Source of the DNA: Lama glama
Taxonomy: Eukaryota
Reading direction: 5' to 3'
DNA length: 64,000 bases
Assembly (NCBI GenBank): GCA_028534125.1
Contig: CM052818.1
Coordinates: forward strand, 45,324,001 to 45,388,000
Positions 1 through 13,086 of the stretch are shown piece by piece. A program made the position numbers and the translations under genes. The notes beneath the pieces are model-generated. The model was not told the DNA's origin. It saw only the letters and a list, made by a program, of their open reading frames with translations, and made no database searches. Numbering within the stretch: the stretch's first letter is position 1; each line of letters starts with the position of its first letter.

Positions 1-829
1 TGACCTGATGCCGTAGGGTTTTCCTACAGAGCTTCTCAGATGTGTCTGGTGAGGGACCAGGGTTTTGTTTTTTGTTTTGTCTTTAAATTTGCAATCTATT
101 GCAGATTGATACTTGTGTAAAATATAATAAAAGTGAATTACTAGGAAAAGGGTCACTCATTTGCATCTCGCTGCAATGTCAGATTGCTGTACAGGGTTCT
201 ACATACACTCTTCCTTTCAGTTTCTACACTTATCTCCCAGCTCGATGGCATTTCTCAGACTGGCCCTGGGAGCACACTTCGGCAGAGAGCCTTGTTCCTT
301 CTTTTCAAGTGTGACCTTCAATGAGTCCTTTAGCCTCCGAAGCACATGCAGGCGAGACTTGTTCCGTGCATGTTTCTGTTTCTGGGGTGGTGGTGGAGGG
401 GGGGCACTGTGGCTGCACCAGACAGCACAGCGCCTCCTGGGCGCTGCTGTTCCACACCACAGTGTGTTCTCTTGACTCCCAGTGCTGATGACCTTTGCCT
501 TCTCTTTCACAGTTCATATTTTTATTGTTGAAACCACAATAAATATCAGCATAAAGGAAATTTAAAGGGAAAAAGCCACAGTTCTAGAGTCTCTTCACAA
601 GTATTACTCTTTTCGTTAAAGAAGTTGTTTTAATTATGTGTTCATGTGTTTTAGATTGTTGTCCTCACACCATACATATGTATAATGTCTTTTGGTTTTT
701 AGCTTGACATTATATTAAAAGCATTTTTCATGTTGCTTTTTGGTCTTTATATTTGTGCTTTTAAATGGTTTATTTGATTGTGCATGAAGCCTTTTCATTC
801 TGTCTCCACTGTTACTGGAGTTTCGGAGC

Positions 830-950
830 CTGTATTACGTGGGCTTTGGAGTCGAAATATCAGCTACTTGACTTACTAGTTGTGTGGTGACCTTGAGCAA
901 ATGATCTGACTTTCTGGGGCTCCTTTCTTGTCTCTGGATGTAACATGCCA
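830..950 (+). mobile_element. MIR-like SINE fragment
   Basis: 'ttactagttgtgtggtgaccttgagcaaatgatctgactttctgggg' resembles the MIR core. Confidence 0.5.
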
Positions 951-3127
951 GCACAGTTACTTCACAGTCTCCTCCTGTGCCTGCGATCATCTTAATTTCT
1001 GCTGAACTAACTCTTTCACTGGTTTGATTTTCCAGCTTCTTTCTTGTTAGGAACTTCTCACACTCCTTGGGCTTTGTGAGGTTGTTTGTTTCTCTCATTT
1101 ATAGTTGGTTTCAATCCTGACCTTCCCTGCTGTAGTTTGGTCTTAGGCCAGCCTGTGTCATTGTCCATATGTGGCCAGCGGCTATCCTCCATTGTAGAAA
1201 ACAGTCTGCTGCACCCAGTCTGAATTCTCCTGTGTAATTAGATTAGAGCCTTTTCTGTCGGTTTGATGGGTTTGGTCATGTTTCCTCGTGGAACGCTCAC
1301 TGCTCAGTGTTCAGGACTGAGCCTCTGAAGCCGAGCTTAGGGGGTGTCTTTGGCAGAAACCTTCTTTTTGGGGGTACTCTGTCTCTTCAGTCCCTAGAAC
1401 TTCTTTAATCACGTGCAGAGGTCTAGGAGGAGTTCTGGCAGTGTCGTTAGGGAAACTTGGGAACACATGTCAGTACAAGTTGTTTCTTCCCATCACGGCC
1501 TCTGAGCTTTTGTTTCCAGGGTCATCAAAAGTGTCCAGGGGAGAGATTTTATAGAGGCCACAAGCTATGAAAATGTCTCTGATTTTTTCTTTTTTTTTGC
1601 TTTAGTTTAGATATACATTCTTACTTTCCTCGACTTCACTATCGGCTGTATGTATTTTGGTGAAGGTTGGTCCCAGTTAAGGGCTCGCTCCCACTTCGGA
1701 GCTGATGTGCACAACGTGGTTCTGCTGAGAGAGCACTGATTTCCTGCTTTCTGGTTATTAGTTGCCCTTGTCTATCTCAGCGTTTTATTTCCGTAACAGC
1801 ATTAAATATCATCACTTTTGCAAGCTTTTGCTTTAACAGAGGAGCAGCAAAAAGTACTTTTAAATCACAGAATCAAATCATTGTTCTTAACATTTAGTAT
1901 ATTTAACTATGATTATATGGTCTCATAATCCAAATGTCTTCCCTCTGTGGATTCTTCTATTGTATTTTACAAATAGATTTTAAAAATAAATAAAATTGGG
2001 TTGATATGTAAAGGTACTTAAAAACAAAAGCTCTTCAGTTTGAATTATGGCTCTAAAATTTTCTGGCTTGTGATGGGACCCTCAGTACATTTGAGCTTTA
2101 TCTTTTTGATCTACAAAATAAGAATATTTCTTACTTCAGAGAGTTGTTGCGTGTTCACTAAAGTAAAATATGTGAAAGTGTTTAGTAAATGATAACGGAC
2201 TCTTCAAATGGTTGCTGGTTTCAGTGTTGTTTAAAGTGCATCAGTCTGGAACGGGCTGTGAGGATTGGAGCTGCTTTCGGAGACTTTAGGAGAGGAGTGG
2301 CTTGCACACATGACACAGAACTGAGAACAAAACCGAGACATCTGAATACTCTGGTTCTGTACCAACGAATAATGGATTCATATGTTCTGTTGCTACTGGG
2401 GTTAAAAGGAAACCATTACTGAATGCCACAAATTTGCCCTTTACTTCATTTTTACTTTCTTAAAATGCCGATCCCCAGACTAAATTACTAACCACTCTTT
2501 TGGTTGAATCTGTTAAAGTTCCCTTGTGACTGATTCATTTTGGTATAGTAAGGGCTGTTAGATTCTTTACAGGTCTTTTCTAGTGTAGTTACACACACGT
2601 AGCCTTCCCTTTAAGTCGTTTTGTTTTCTATCAGGGTGTAAAGTTTAATTCAAACATTAGAAACTAGTTTGCTGTGACATTTTGTGGGAAATACTTTACC
2701 TTGGTTCTTTAATTCCTGATTAACAGAAAGAAGGCTTTCTTTCTTAACTTCCTTATTTTTATTATAATAAATAGTGCATCAAAACTATATTTATGATTCT
2801 GAAGCATAAAACTTTCCCCCTTAAAAATGATGGCAAACTTTATATAGACCCGAGCACTTCCTGGTGGGAACCGCCCAGTTACTTAACTAGTACCCCCGAG
2901 CATTTTGCAGATTGGGAAGCTGGTCTTTCTGATACTTTAGGTGCCTCGCCTAGGAGGATCAGGGACTGAAGCCCGCGACCCGACCCCTAGGGTGCCTGGC
3001 TGCCAGCCTGGGTCTTCTTCCTTACACTGTGTTCTCAGCACCTCATGCATTTCAGAATGTAAAACATGTAGAAAAGGGTACTTTTCTTTCCCCATGTGTT
3101 TACTGTTTTCACTGTGTTTATTTTTAG

Positions 3128-3180
3128 GAATGCTTCTTACCGCCAATGAAACTCCCAAGATGGGCATCTATTACGTTCCA
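3128..3180 (+). CDS. NOL10: NOL10 internal coding exon (53 nt), GMLLTANETPKMGIYYVP
   Basis: ttttag| acceptor, |gtaagt donor; peptide matches the recalled NOL10 sequence; phase 1 in, 0 out. Confidence 0.95.
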
Positions 3181-4119
3181 GTAAGTAATACAAAAAGGAG
3201 TTATGATAAAAATAGAACAAGCAAAGACACTATATTTTTAAACTGGCTGCATTGAGGGACTCTGGGTCTGCATGTGGCTATGTAAGTTAGACACAGTGGT
3301 TCACTTGTAAATTCACTTTGCTTCCAGGAGGCAGTAAAATAATGCTTGACTGTTCTTTTATGGAAAACTACTTAATATCCCATTAAATTTTGATTGTAGA
3401 AATTCATCTTTATTCTTCAGGGTTACATTTTTTTGTTTGTTTATTTCAAAGGGTTTCAGAGTCTTAAACTTTCAGCTACTAGTGATCAAGGGATCTAGCC
3501 CTCTTAAATAAAAGTCTAGTACTTCCCCAGTCATCTCGTTGTAGTTTATTTCTTATAAAAATAAACTACATATGAAAGAATCTGTTAGATTGCCACGATC
3601 GGTGATGATGTGCCATTTACAGTCCTGTCCCTTTTTTTCTTTCTTAAAGAATTCTTCTCTTGTATGTCAAAAGCTTCCCTACCTTTACCTAAACAGAAAA
3701 GCACACAGTGCAAAGTTGGCATTAGATTACAGTCAGCAGACATCTCCATTTTCAAGGATTTGGGGAAAAAGGGTAAGAGGTGTGGTGTGGGTGGTGAAGA
3801 GCAGAACTTCAGGGAGGTGAGCTCTCTGTAATCACCGTTAGCCTCCAGCTATGAAAATGCTTCATATTTATGATAGCTCGACCATGTGTGTATTTCCAAA
3901 AAGTATTCTTGTTGCTGTTGACTTTCTGTGGTTTCAGGAAACTGATAATGTTGTTGAAAGCACTTTGAGATGTTTCTTCTGGTTGATAGTGAAATGAAGG
4001 CCATTCAAACAGCAGCTTTTCCGTTTTTCTAAATTGTCCTTTTTTCCCTTTTTCCTCGGAGTCTCACAGATACCACTTCCATATTCCTTTCAGTTTATAT
4101 CTTTCCTTGTCTTCATTGA

Positions 4120-4830
4120 ATCGCAAATATTTATTGCTTTTATCAGCCGTGTGTCGGGCACAGTGCTATAGGCTAGCGGTATAACAGTGTATAGGGTACT
4201 GCTCCTTTCTTCAAGAGTTCGTTATTAGAGAATAAAACAAGAAAGTAGAAGATTTCAAGTCAGTGTGCTAAATGCTGTAACGGAAGTAAGAAAGGGTACT
4301 TTATTAGAGCATGTAGGAAGAGAGACACTTAACCCATCGTGGGACTGGAAACTGGTGGGAGGTGTGGAGGGTACTTGGAGAAACCTTCTCAGAGGAACTG
4401 ATTTCTAAGGAGAGACCAGAAGGATGGTTCTCTATCCTGGAGGAAGAGGGTGGGGTGCAGAATGGGAGAAGGAGCTCGGAAGTAGAGGAACATAGTGTGC
4501 AAAGATAAGAGAGGGAGGATTCCACCCGACCAAGCTTAGGGCTAGAGGGACGGGGATGAGCTCCGCAGCCAGGGGTGGGGGTGCAGGGCAGGCTGTCCTG
4601 GAAGAGTTTTAAGCAGGATAGTGATGTGATCAGATTTGCATTTTTGAAGGATTACTTTGGCTGCCATGAGGAGAGTGGATTAGATAGGATCTAACCTGGA
4701 AGCAACAAGAACAGGCCATAGCAATCTGCAGGAGAGCTGATAGTGCCGGGTACCTGTGCCAGGCCTCCGTTTTCAGTAGCTGGAGCTCTGGGGATTCTGG
4801 GGTAATCTTAGAGAGGTCTGATCTGGCTGG
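4120..4830. mobile_element. L2-like LINE fragments
   Basis: 'tttaagcaggatagtgatgtgatcagatttgcatttttgaaggattac' is typical of L2. Confidence 0.55.
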
Positions 4831-5659
4831 CAGTAATTTCAGAGGCCTGTTATCCTTGAGTAGCCAGGTGGCATGTCTTGGAGGTGTCCACTGATGAAGA
4901 CTTGTGTACGTCATAGGTGCCTTCCCTCAGTCCTGTGTGACATAGTCTCCCAGCGTCAGCCCCTTTGGGAATGTCAAGAGAGGCAGAATGTATCAGCTCA
5001 CTCCTACCCTTTACTTCTCCTCGGGAAGAGGTCTCTTTTTGTCTTAAGAGCTTATTGCTATGTTTTGATCTTCAGCTACTGCCTATAAGATGTTGATGTC
5101 TTGAATCAAAGATCCTTTCCCCATGTCAGAAGTGCGTGGAATCCACCAGCAGGAAGGGAGAAAGCACTGCCGGATAGAGCGGGGAGGCTGTCTCGGGGTC
5201 TGCTTCACTGACAGGAGCCGCAGGCTGAGAGCCCCTTGGTGTGGAGCTGGGCAGGGCAGTTCTGAGTACTTTTGCAGTAAGGTCATCTTATCAGCTTGTG
5301 CCAAGATGGTGGCAGAGGTTGGAAAGAATAGAAGGATTATTAAGGTTGTAAGATCGACCTGGTAATGGATTGGATGTGGGAAATAAGGGAGAGGAAAGAA
5401 CCAAAGATGACAACCTGCTTCCTGCATGATAAATGTGTGGACGAGGAGGTCACTCCTTGGATCCAGGAGGAGAAAGGGGAGTATTAAGCATATTTTCCCT
5501 TTGGTATTATGTTCTGCATTTTATAAAATGATCTTTAAAAGGAACAAACAAAATTTTATTATGCGAACAGTGTCTGCATATTCCTGTTCTAAGTATTGCG
5601 AAGAATAAGAAAATAAAAACCACTCATTCCCACCTTGATCATCTTTTTTTTTAATTGTT

Positions 5660-5800
5660 TTTTTAATAGACTTTATTCTTTTAGAGCAGTTTCAGGTTCA
5701 TAGCAGAACTGAGCAGAAAATACAGAGTTCGCATGTAGCCCTCCCCACCTCAACATCCCTCATCAGTGTGGCATATTTGGTACAACTGATGAACCAACCC
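5660..5800 (-). mobile_element. Old L1 3'-end fragment
   Basis: 'tttttagagcagtttcaggttcatagcagaactgagcagaaaatacagagttc' resembles an L1M 3' end. Confidence 0.6.
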
Positions 5801-8800
5801 CACCTTGGTAATCTTATAAGCATTACAAATATTTACTTGGATATACTGCCTTTCATATATGCTTATAATGTTATATGTGTGAAGTCATCTTTTTTATACA
5901 AATTTACATTCTGGTTTCTTCAGTTAACAGGCGGTGAGAAACTGCCTTCTTGACAAATGTTAGCTTATCTCATAGGATCTTTTTAGTTTCAACCCTATAA
6001 CTCAGATTTAACAGAGAGCTGTGGAAAAAAATCCAGAAACTGCTCCCAGATGACCGCGCGTGTGTGGACAGTAAGCGCAGATGTTCTTCTTGCTCAGCTA
6101 AGCACTGTGCTGCAGCTGGTACCTAGGGATTCCCTCCTGACCTGTCTTTCTGCCCTGCTGCCTTGCGCGGAGAGATGTTTACTAAAGTGCTGCTTGTGTT
6201 TGCTTGGAACCTACTCTTTGTGATACTCCTTCAAAACAGAGAGAGCCCAGGGGTCTGAAAGCCTGCCATTTTCCTAAGATTTTATCACATCCACCAGGCT
6301 GACACAGAGGTTCATTTGAGGCCTGTAGAACCAGAGATGTGTGTGTTGAATATATAATCCATGCCGAAGCTAGGGTCTTGGACTGTGATTTGTATTATCA
6401 TCTTACGAATCAGGTATGAAACTTCTGTGTTCCCTGCTTTGGGGCAGTACTAAAAATGAAGACAGCTTAATGTTCTTTTGGCTTGTTAATTTTTGCCTTT
6501 CTGTCTGATGCCATCTTTCTTGAATACTTGAAATCTTTTTGGATTAAATGCAATTCCTGATTTACCGACTCTCTGCTACGTACATATCCCCATAGCAAGC
6601 TAGTCTTTGATGGCCAAATGGATTTTCTCCAGCCTTTTCCCCATTTTCTCAATTCTTTCTTTTTTCCCCTCTTAGAGGCCAGAATCTGTTATTTTGTTTG
6701 TTTACTTGCTTTTTCAAAATGCCAGGAATAGTTTTTTAAGTTTGGTTTTCTCTAGATAGAATGTAATTTAATCGTAGATTAGTTCTTCAGCATTAACACC
6801 TTTCACAACTATGCAGACACCAGAGGAGATCCAGGTCCTGTGGCACCCAGCCTGGATCCTGCCAGTGTGCCTCACAGCGTTTCTGTTGGAAATGCTCCTG
6901 ACTTCCAAGCCCACTGTGGGTCAGCGAGCGCCCAAAACCACTCATCACCAGGCGGCTGATTGCTTGTGTGCTTGATAATATGTATGGATGTGTAAACTTG
7001 AGGAAAAGATAATTATTACTTGTTTAGGAAGTTATTTGAATTAGAGTAAAAGTCAGTTGATTAAGGATATATGGCTTGGTTTTCTTTTTTTCTTTTTTTT
7101 TTTAACATGTAAATTTAAGCCACTATAAAGATAATATGCAATGTCACTGAACCTAACTTTCAATATTGGCAGTTAGATTATTTTATTTTAAAACATTTTC
7201 TTGGGGAAAAAAATTACTTATGTTGTTTCTGTTGCAATGTTTTTATTCTTTATAGAGAATCAACAAAATGTATTAACTAAATAGTTTAACATTTATTATT
7301 TAATTTAAAATTATATTTTAAATTTGGAAAGTGCTTTTGGAGCTGGAGTACCACAGATAGGGCAGAGTTAAAAATGTAAAGGGTTATTGAACCTGCACGA
7401 CTGCTTCTGTTTCTCTTAGGAAATAGCACTTAAACTTATCCAGCATAACATGTAAAACCTACAAGACTACCTTTGCAAATAGGGATGGTACATATTAAGA
7501 AGCATATAACCTCAAGAATACTTGCTTCACTTAATTGTAACACAACACACATATCCTCACAAAGGCATGTAAAGCCAAAGGAAGTGCAAAAAAAATCAGT
7601 GAAATTTAGTCAAATTTTATGAAATGTAATGAAAAATTCAGTTTAATGAATGTCTATAAGTTTCTTAACTCCAGTGAGTTACCACTCACCAACCTGAAAG
7701 GTCTGCAACGGAGCCCAGGTCTTCACTTACCATCACTGGGCTCATTTGCTGCTGTCTTCATGGGGGTTTAGTCTGGTGTAGGTCAAACACATGTGCTTCA
7801 GTCCTCAAGGGGGCAAGAGGTCAGTAAAGGCTGCATGGTTTGAGGGGTAGTCAGAGAGGTGCTTTTGAAATAAATTTATAGCGTCTGAAAGTCAGTTTTA
7901 CAGCAAGTGCCATGAAAATTTTTTAGTAAATATGTGGATGTTTTTCATTTGGGCAAATTTTGGGTTTTTTGCTCAGTAAAGAGTTAAAAATGAGTATCAT
8001 AGTCTTTTCATCAGTATTTTTTTCTCTATGGGCTTTTGTGACTAAAAGGTACTTAGGTATGAACAACTTGACTGCTCTGTCTGTGGTGAATTGAATTTGT
8101 TGGTCTTGTTCTGAACTCAGCCACTGTATTAGACTGTCTTTTATCAAGGTAGTTCTGGATACTTTTTGATCTTCCATTATGTGGTCTCCCTCTGAGATGG
8201 CATCTTTTTTTCAATTCTAGTATTTCAAATATAACTGCTCAGATATGGTTTGGCATAATTTTCCAGAAGGCTTAAGAATATAGCCATACAGTGCTTTCTA
8301 ACAGCTGTTCTTTACCTTCACCTCTTAAGAAGGTAACATATTTATCAGCTGTTTAACTTGTAAATATGTCATTATAGTTTAACATTAAATTTGACAGTAT
8401 CTTAAAAATAAATGCTTAAATTCTTAGGTGGATGACTTCTTTGCTCTTACGCTGATGAATATTTTTGTCTTCTCCTGCTTTTAAAAAGTAAATGTAGAGG
8501 ACCAGCAAGTGCTGTTACTTATTCAGCAAGGCAGTAGTGGGCTCTGTGCAGGAACTGGGGATATGTTGATGAATAAAAGTCTTAATACCCTTCCTGCGAG
8601 TTACAGATGGGGTGTGGGGTGGAGGTTGATGATGGACAGATCTGCTGCTGTGAGAGCCGCGGGGACAGAGCAAGTGCTGTGGCAGGAAGATGGTTAGGGC
8701 AGCCAAGGGTCAGGTACTGACCACCAGTCCCCTTTTTTGTGTCTCTTATTTTTATGGATATTATCTTCCCCACTTTAATTTTAAAGTTTAGGATTAGAGA

Positions 8801-8989
8801 CCTGGTCTTGTTTTATGATCATACTACATACCCGAGGACAAAATGGGGAATGACAAGTGTGTCTCACAATGTCTAGAAAGAATGCAAATAAACAGAATTT
8901 TGGCCAACAGAGAAAGTTCTGCTTTTCCTTGCAAGTCAATTGTACAGTCAGGCGCCTTTTCTAAAGTACATTCCATCTGCACATATTTT

Positions 8990-9870
8990 AACTTTATCTC
9001 TAGGCAACAATTGACACAGTTGACCAGGCCTGCTTGAAATGCTGTGTCTGGCTCCTGGGACACCACATTCTCCTGGTTTTCTTCCCATTGGCTGATTGGC
9101 CCTTCTGTTTGGTTGTCTTTGTTGGCTTCTTCTGCTGGCTTGGGCAGGGCTTGGGCCTCAGCTCTCTCCCCTTGACCCAAATGTTAGTGAGCCCTGGGGC
9201 TTAGTCCTTGTTGCTTTTGTTTGAATTCTCTCCCCAAGGAGCTCATCTGTCCCCAGGCTCTGTAAGACCCATGTGCTGATGACTTCCGAATTTGTCTCCA
9301 GCCTTCCCTTCCCCTTGGAGCTACAGTTATATACCCACTGGTCTACTGGGCTCCTCCACTTGGATGTCTAATAGACACATTATATTTAATTCGTCCACAA
9401 CAGAATTCTTGATCCCAGCTCCCCACCCCCCAACCCCGTCCACCTCCCATTTTAGCAGAGGCACCATCATCCATCCAGTAATCTAGGCTCAGAGCACAGG
9501 AGCCACCGTGTTTCCTCCCCACTGCTACCTCATGCCTCCTCATCCAGTCCTTCAGTAAGTTGCATCAGTTCTTTCTAATATTGGTTCAAATCCAGACATT
9601 TCCCAGTACTTCTGCTCCTACTGCTCATCCAGATGACCATAATGGCCTCTTAACTGATCGTTCTTTTACTTTACTTTTACTTAACTGATCTTTACTTTTA
9701 CTTTACAAAAAGTGAAAGTAAAAGATGCCCCATTCTGTTTTACACACGACAGCCAGATTCCTTTAAAATACAAAAATAAAAACAAGACAAATCAGAATAC
9801 ATCACTCTTCTCCTCAAAACCTTCTAAGGCTTATCATTTTGCTTAGCACAACATCTTAACTCCTGTCATA
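8990..9870. mobile_element. L2 fragment
   Basis: 'ctccacttggatgtctaatagacac' and 'catcactcttctcctcaaaacctt' are L2-like motifs. Confidence 0.6.
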
Positions 9871-10591
9871 ACTTAAAATGTTCTACAAACAGGAAAAGAC
9901 TAAAACACAGAAGTCTCCATTTTCTCTCACTGGTCAGAGAGTAGATCTCTGTAAACGATGTGTCCATTCACAGGGATCACCAAATGGTCAGAGCTTGAAC
10001 CCAAATCCCCAGGCAGTGCTGCCAGCAAGGGAAAGTAACTTCTAGATTGTGAATTAGCCAAAACCAAAACACGAAATTAGTAGAGAGGAAAATTAGAAAA
10101 ACAGAGTCAGAAACGTTTGGCTGCCTTTTTGGATTCATCTGGAGCCAAGGCACAGTGCCACACCTGGCTCCATCAACCTGTGCGGGGGGTGCTCCTCTGG
10201 ACATGAAGCTCACCTGAAGCTGTCAGGTGGATCCACTGGCCATCTTGGTGAGATCTCCAAAACTGTTAATGGGTAATTTTCAAAAAGAAAGGTGAAATCA
10301 TGACTTTCACATAGATACCAAATAAACATGTGGTAAAAATTTCACTTAACCTATTTAATAAGGGAATCAGGCACATGTCTTCAAAGGTGAAGTTAAAATA
10401 GCACAGACTTATGTTATACTGGGAGTGTGCACATGGACATCGATTGGCTTTTCCAAAGGTATGTCAAGACAGAGTTCATTTGCATGACTGTAGACACTGA
10501 TCCTGCATTGCTGTCAGTTACTGACTACAGAGTTGTGAAGTACGTCCCGTAGAATCAGAATCAAATAGTCTTGTAAAAGTGTGCTCTAGAC

Positions 10592-10817
10592 CAGGGGGTT
10601 GGCAAGTTGACTGGACATCTAACTAGACACCAGGTCCCTGTTTTGTGAGTAAAAGTTTTATTAGAACACAGTGCGCCCATTCATTTATTATGTATTGTCT
10701 GTGGCACTTTCTGACTAAAAAGACAGAGTTGAGTAGTTGTGACAGAGAAAGACCCTGTGGTCTGGAAGCCCTAAAATCTTCACCTGGTCATTTAAGAAAA
10801 AGTTTGTGGACCACTCC
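10592..10817. mobile_element. MER58A-like hAT-Charlie relic
   Basis: Starts caggggggttggcaa-like; internal 'aaagttttattagaacacag...gagttgagtagttgtgacagaga'. Confidence 0.7.
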
Positions 10818-12794
10818 CATTCTAGATTATGCATAGCCTTCTACTGAAGCACAGACTTTTCCTTATGTTTATTTGTTATTTATAAGTTTATATATAAATA
10901 AATTAATAAATTTATAAATAAGTAAATAAATGTATATCCTTGTCCCAGTATAAAACATGGACACAGGGATATTGTTTTGTTCTTTTCATTGTTATATCCT
11001 CAGCACCTAAAACTGCCTATTACACTGTAGATATTCGATTATTATGTGCTGAGAAATTAATAAAATAAAAACATATGAGAGTAATCTGATAACCATAATT
11101 TGAAGAATCTTTGATAATGGTTATATATTTTGACAGTAGCTGGTCTGCAATGCTTTTTAGCTGTTCTTATACCACATTTGAATTTAGCACTGGTCTTTTT
11201 CTGCTAGTGAAGTAAACAAGTGGAGATCGTGACTCAAAAGTGCCAGAATATGATTTTAATACAGTAAGATAAGGGTCGGTTCCTTCGCTCTGACGATTTG
11301 TTCTAATCAGCAAGATCAGAGAATCTTGGGGAGATGCAGTCTTTGTGTTTGGGTGTGCTGACAGATTTCTAAAAGAAATGCCTGTCCAAAAGGTTTAATA
11401 GTGGTGCTGCTCCGAGGATGAACTCTTTCCTAGAAAAATATGAAAGTAAGGACATTTAGCTTTTGTTGTACCACTTTTGAAATTCGTGCAAAAGTTGGCT
11501 TTGCCTCTAGGATAGGATGGACTTGTCTGTTTTAAAGACTGGAAACCATGCCATCGTTTTTCTTCCCGTACTTTTTAAGCTGATGCCCCTGGAAGTGCCA
11601 TGCCTGCTGCTCCCTAAGACTTGCCTTTGAATCTGGACCATGATCAGTTCAGTTGATCCACTTAGATTCAGAACCAATACTGAAGGCTTTGTGTTTACCA
11701 GTTTGACACCAGAGATTCCCCAGTTGTGAGATCTCTTCGGCCCACTAGTGTATATGGAGATGGCCCTGCATATATTAGTGTCCATGTAGAATCCTGAAAG
11801 TGATTGACCATGTTTTCCTTTAAAATGCTCATTTAAACAGAGAGCTGTTAGACCTAGTGACAGAAGTAATTTTACTAGAAATTCCTACATATATTGCCAG
11901 TGGCAACATATTCTCTTGGTTTAGGGAAGTAGAACCAGATGCAAAGAAAACTGTCCTCTGGGAAATTTGCCAACATGCAAAGGATGTACAAGACACAACG
12001 TATACGAGACAGATGGTTGCTGAAATGTCTTCCACGATAAAGCGTTTTTTAACATGCCGTGAAGGAGCAGGGGAGGCTTTTGAAGCACAGAACACTAGAG
12101 CAGGAAGGGGATTTTGAGGTCATCTGATGCAGCCCCTTAGTTTATAGCAGAGGAATCAAGTCATTGGCTCAAGGTCAGTGACAAGTCAGTCACAGAACTG
12201 TATCTTGAAGGCATTTCTTCATTCCATGTTGTTTATGAAAAGAATTTTGAAATTAGTCTGACCTGAGTTTGAGTACTAATTTTGCCACTTGTAAACTTTG
12301 TGACCTTGAGTTAAGTTACTTTTCCTATCTGAGCCTTAGTTTCTTGAGCTGTAAAGAAAGAAGGGTATAAGGCAGCTGTGTGCGATAAATACACTTTTTC
12401 AGTCATTCTTATGGTACCTGGTACGTAATAGATGTCCAGCTGATTATTACTGTAATACTTTCTTGCAATGAGTAAAATGGAATGGGTCCAGTGGCGAAGA
12501 GTATTTATACTTAGCATTGTACAGACCAGGGCTTCTATGTAGCTTTTAGGAGGAATGTGATATTGAGCAAAATAAAGATATACTGAAAAGGTTGTGACAG
12601 AATCATAGGTGTGAGTGAGGAAAGTGACTTCAGAAATATGATTCGGGGTTGTTCAACCTGTTACATATCATATAAAACATAGGTTAAGAAGGAACTATTG
12701 AATGTTGGTTTTGCTGTTGGTTATTGAAACAGAAAGCAGTGATGAAATCTGGTTGTTAAAATTAAAAATCTAATTTTAATTTTATTTGTTTTAA

Positions 12795-12926
12795 GTTTTT
12801 TGGGGGGAAGGATGGGCAGTAGTTAGGTTTGTTTGTTTGTTTGTTTATAGAAGAGGTACTGAGGATTGAACCCAGGACCTCATGCATGGTAAGCATGTAC
12901 TCATGACTTGAGCTATACCCTCCCCC
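12795..12926 (-). mobile_element. Camelid tRNA-derived SINE (vic-1-like)
   Basis: Reverse complement GGGGGAGGGTATAGCTCAAG...GGTTCAATCC with A/B boxes, (AAAC)n tail, TSD-like aaaatct(a/g)atttt. Confidence 0.8.
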
Positions 12927-13086
12927 TCAAAAATCTGATTTTTAAAAGTAAAGTCCATTTCCCCACATTATATCATTAAAGCACACTTTTAATAGAAAAC
13001 AGCAAATTTCTGTTTTCTTTTTTAATGGTTAAATACCAGAAGAAAAGATGAAAAATTAACTATAGTCTCAGTCAGACACATTCTCG

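Noticed and set aside
11857..12117. + strand 86-aa ORF as a novel gene
   Set aside because: Non-ATG start, no splice support; antisense to a better-supported - strand segment
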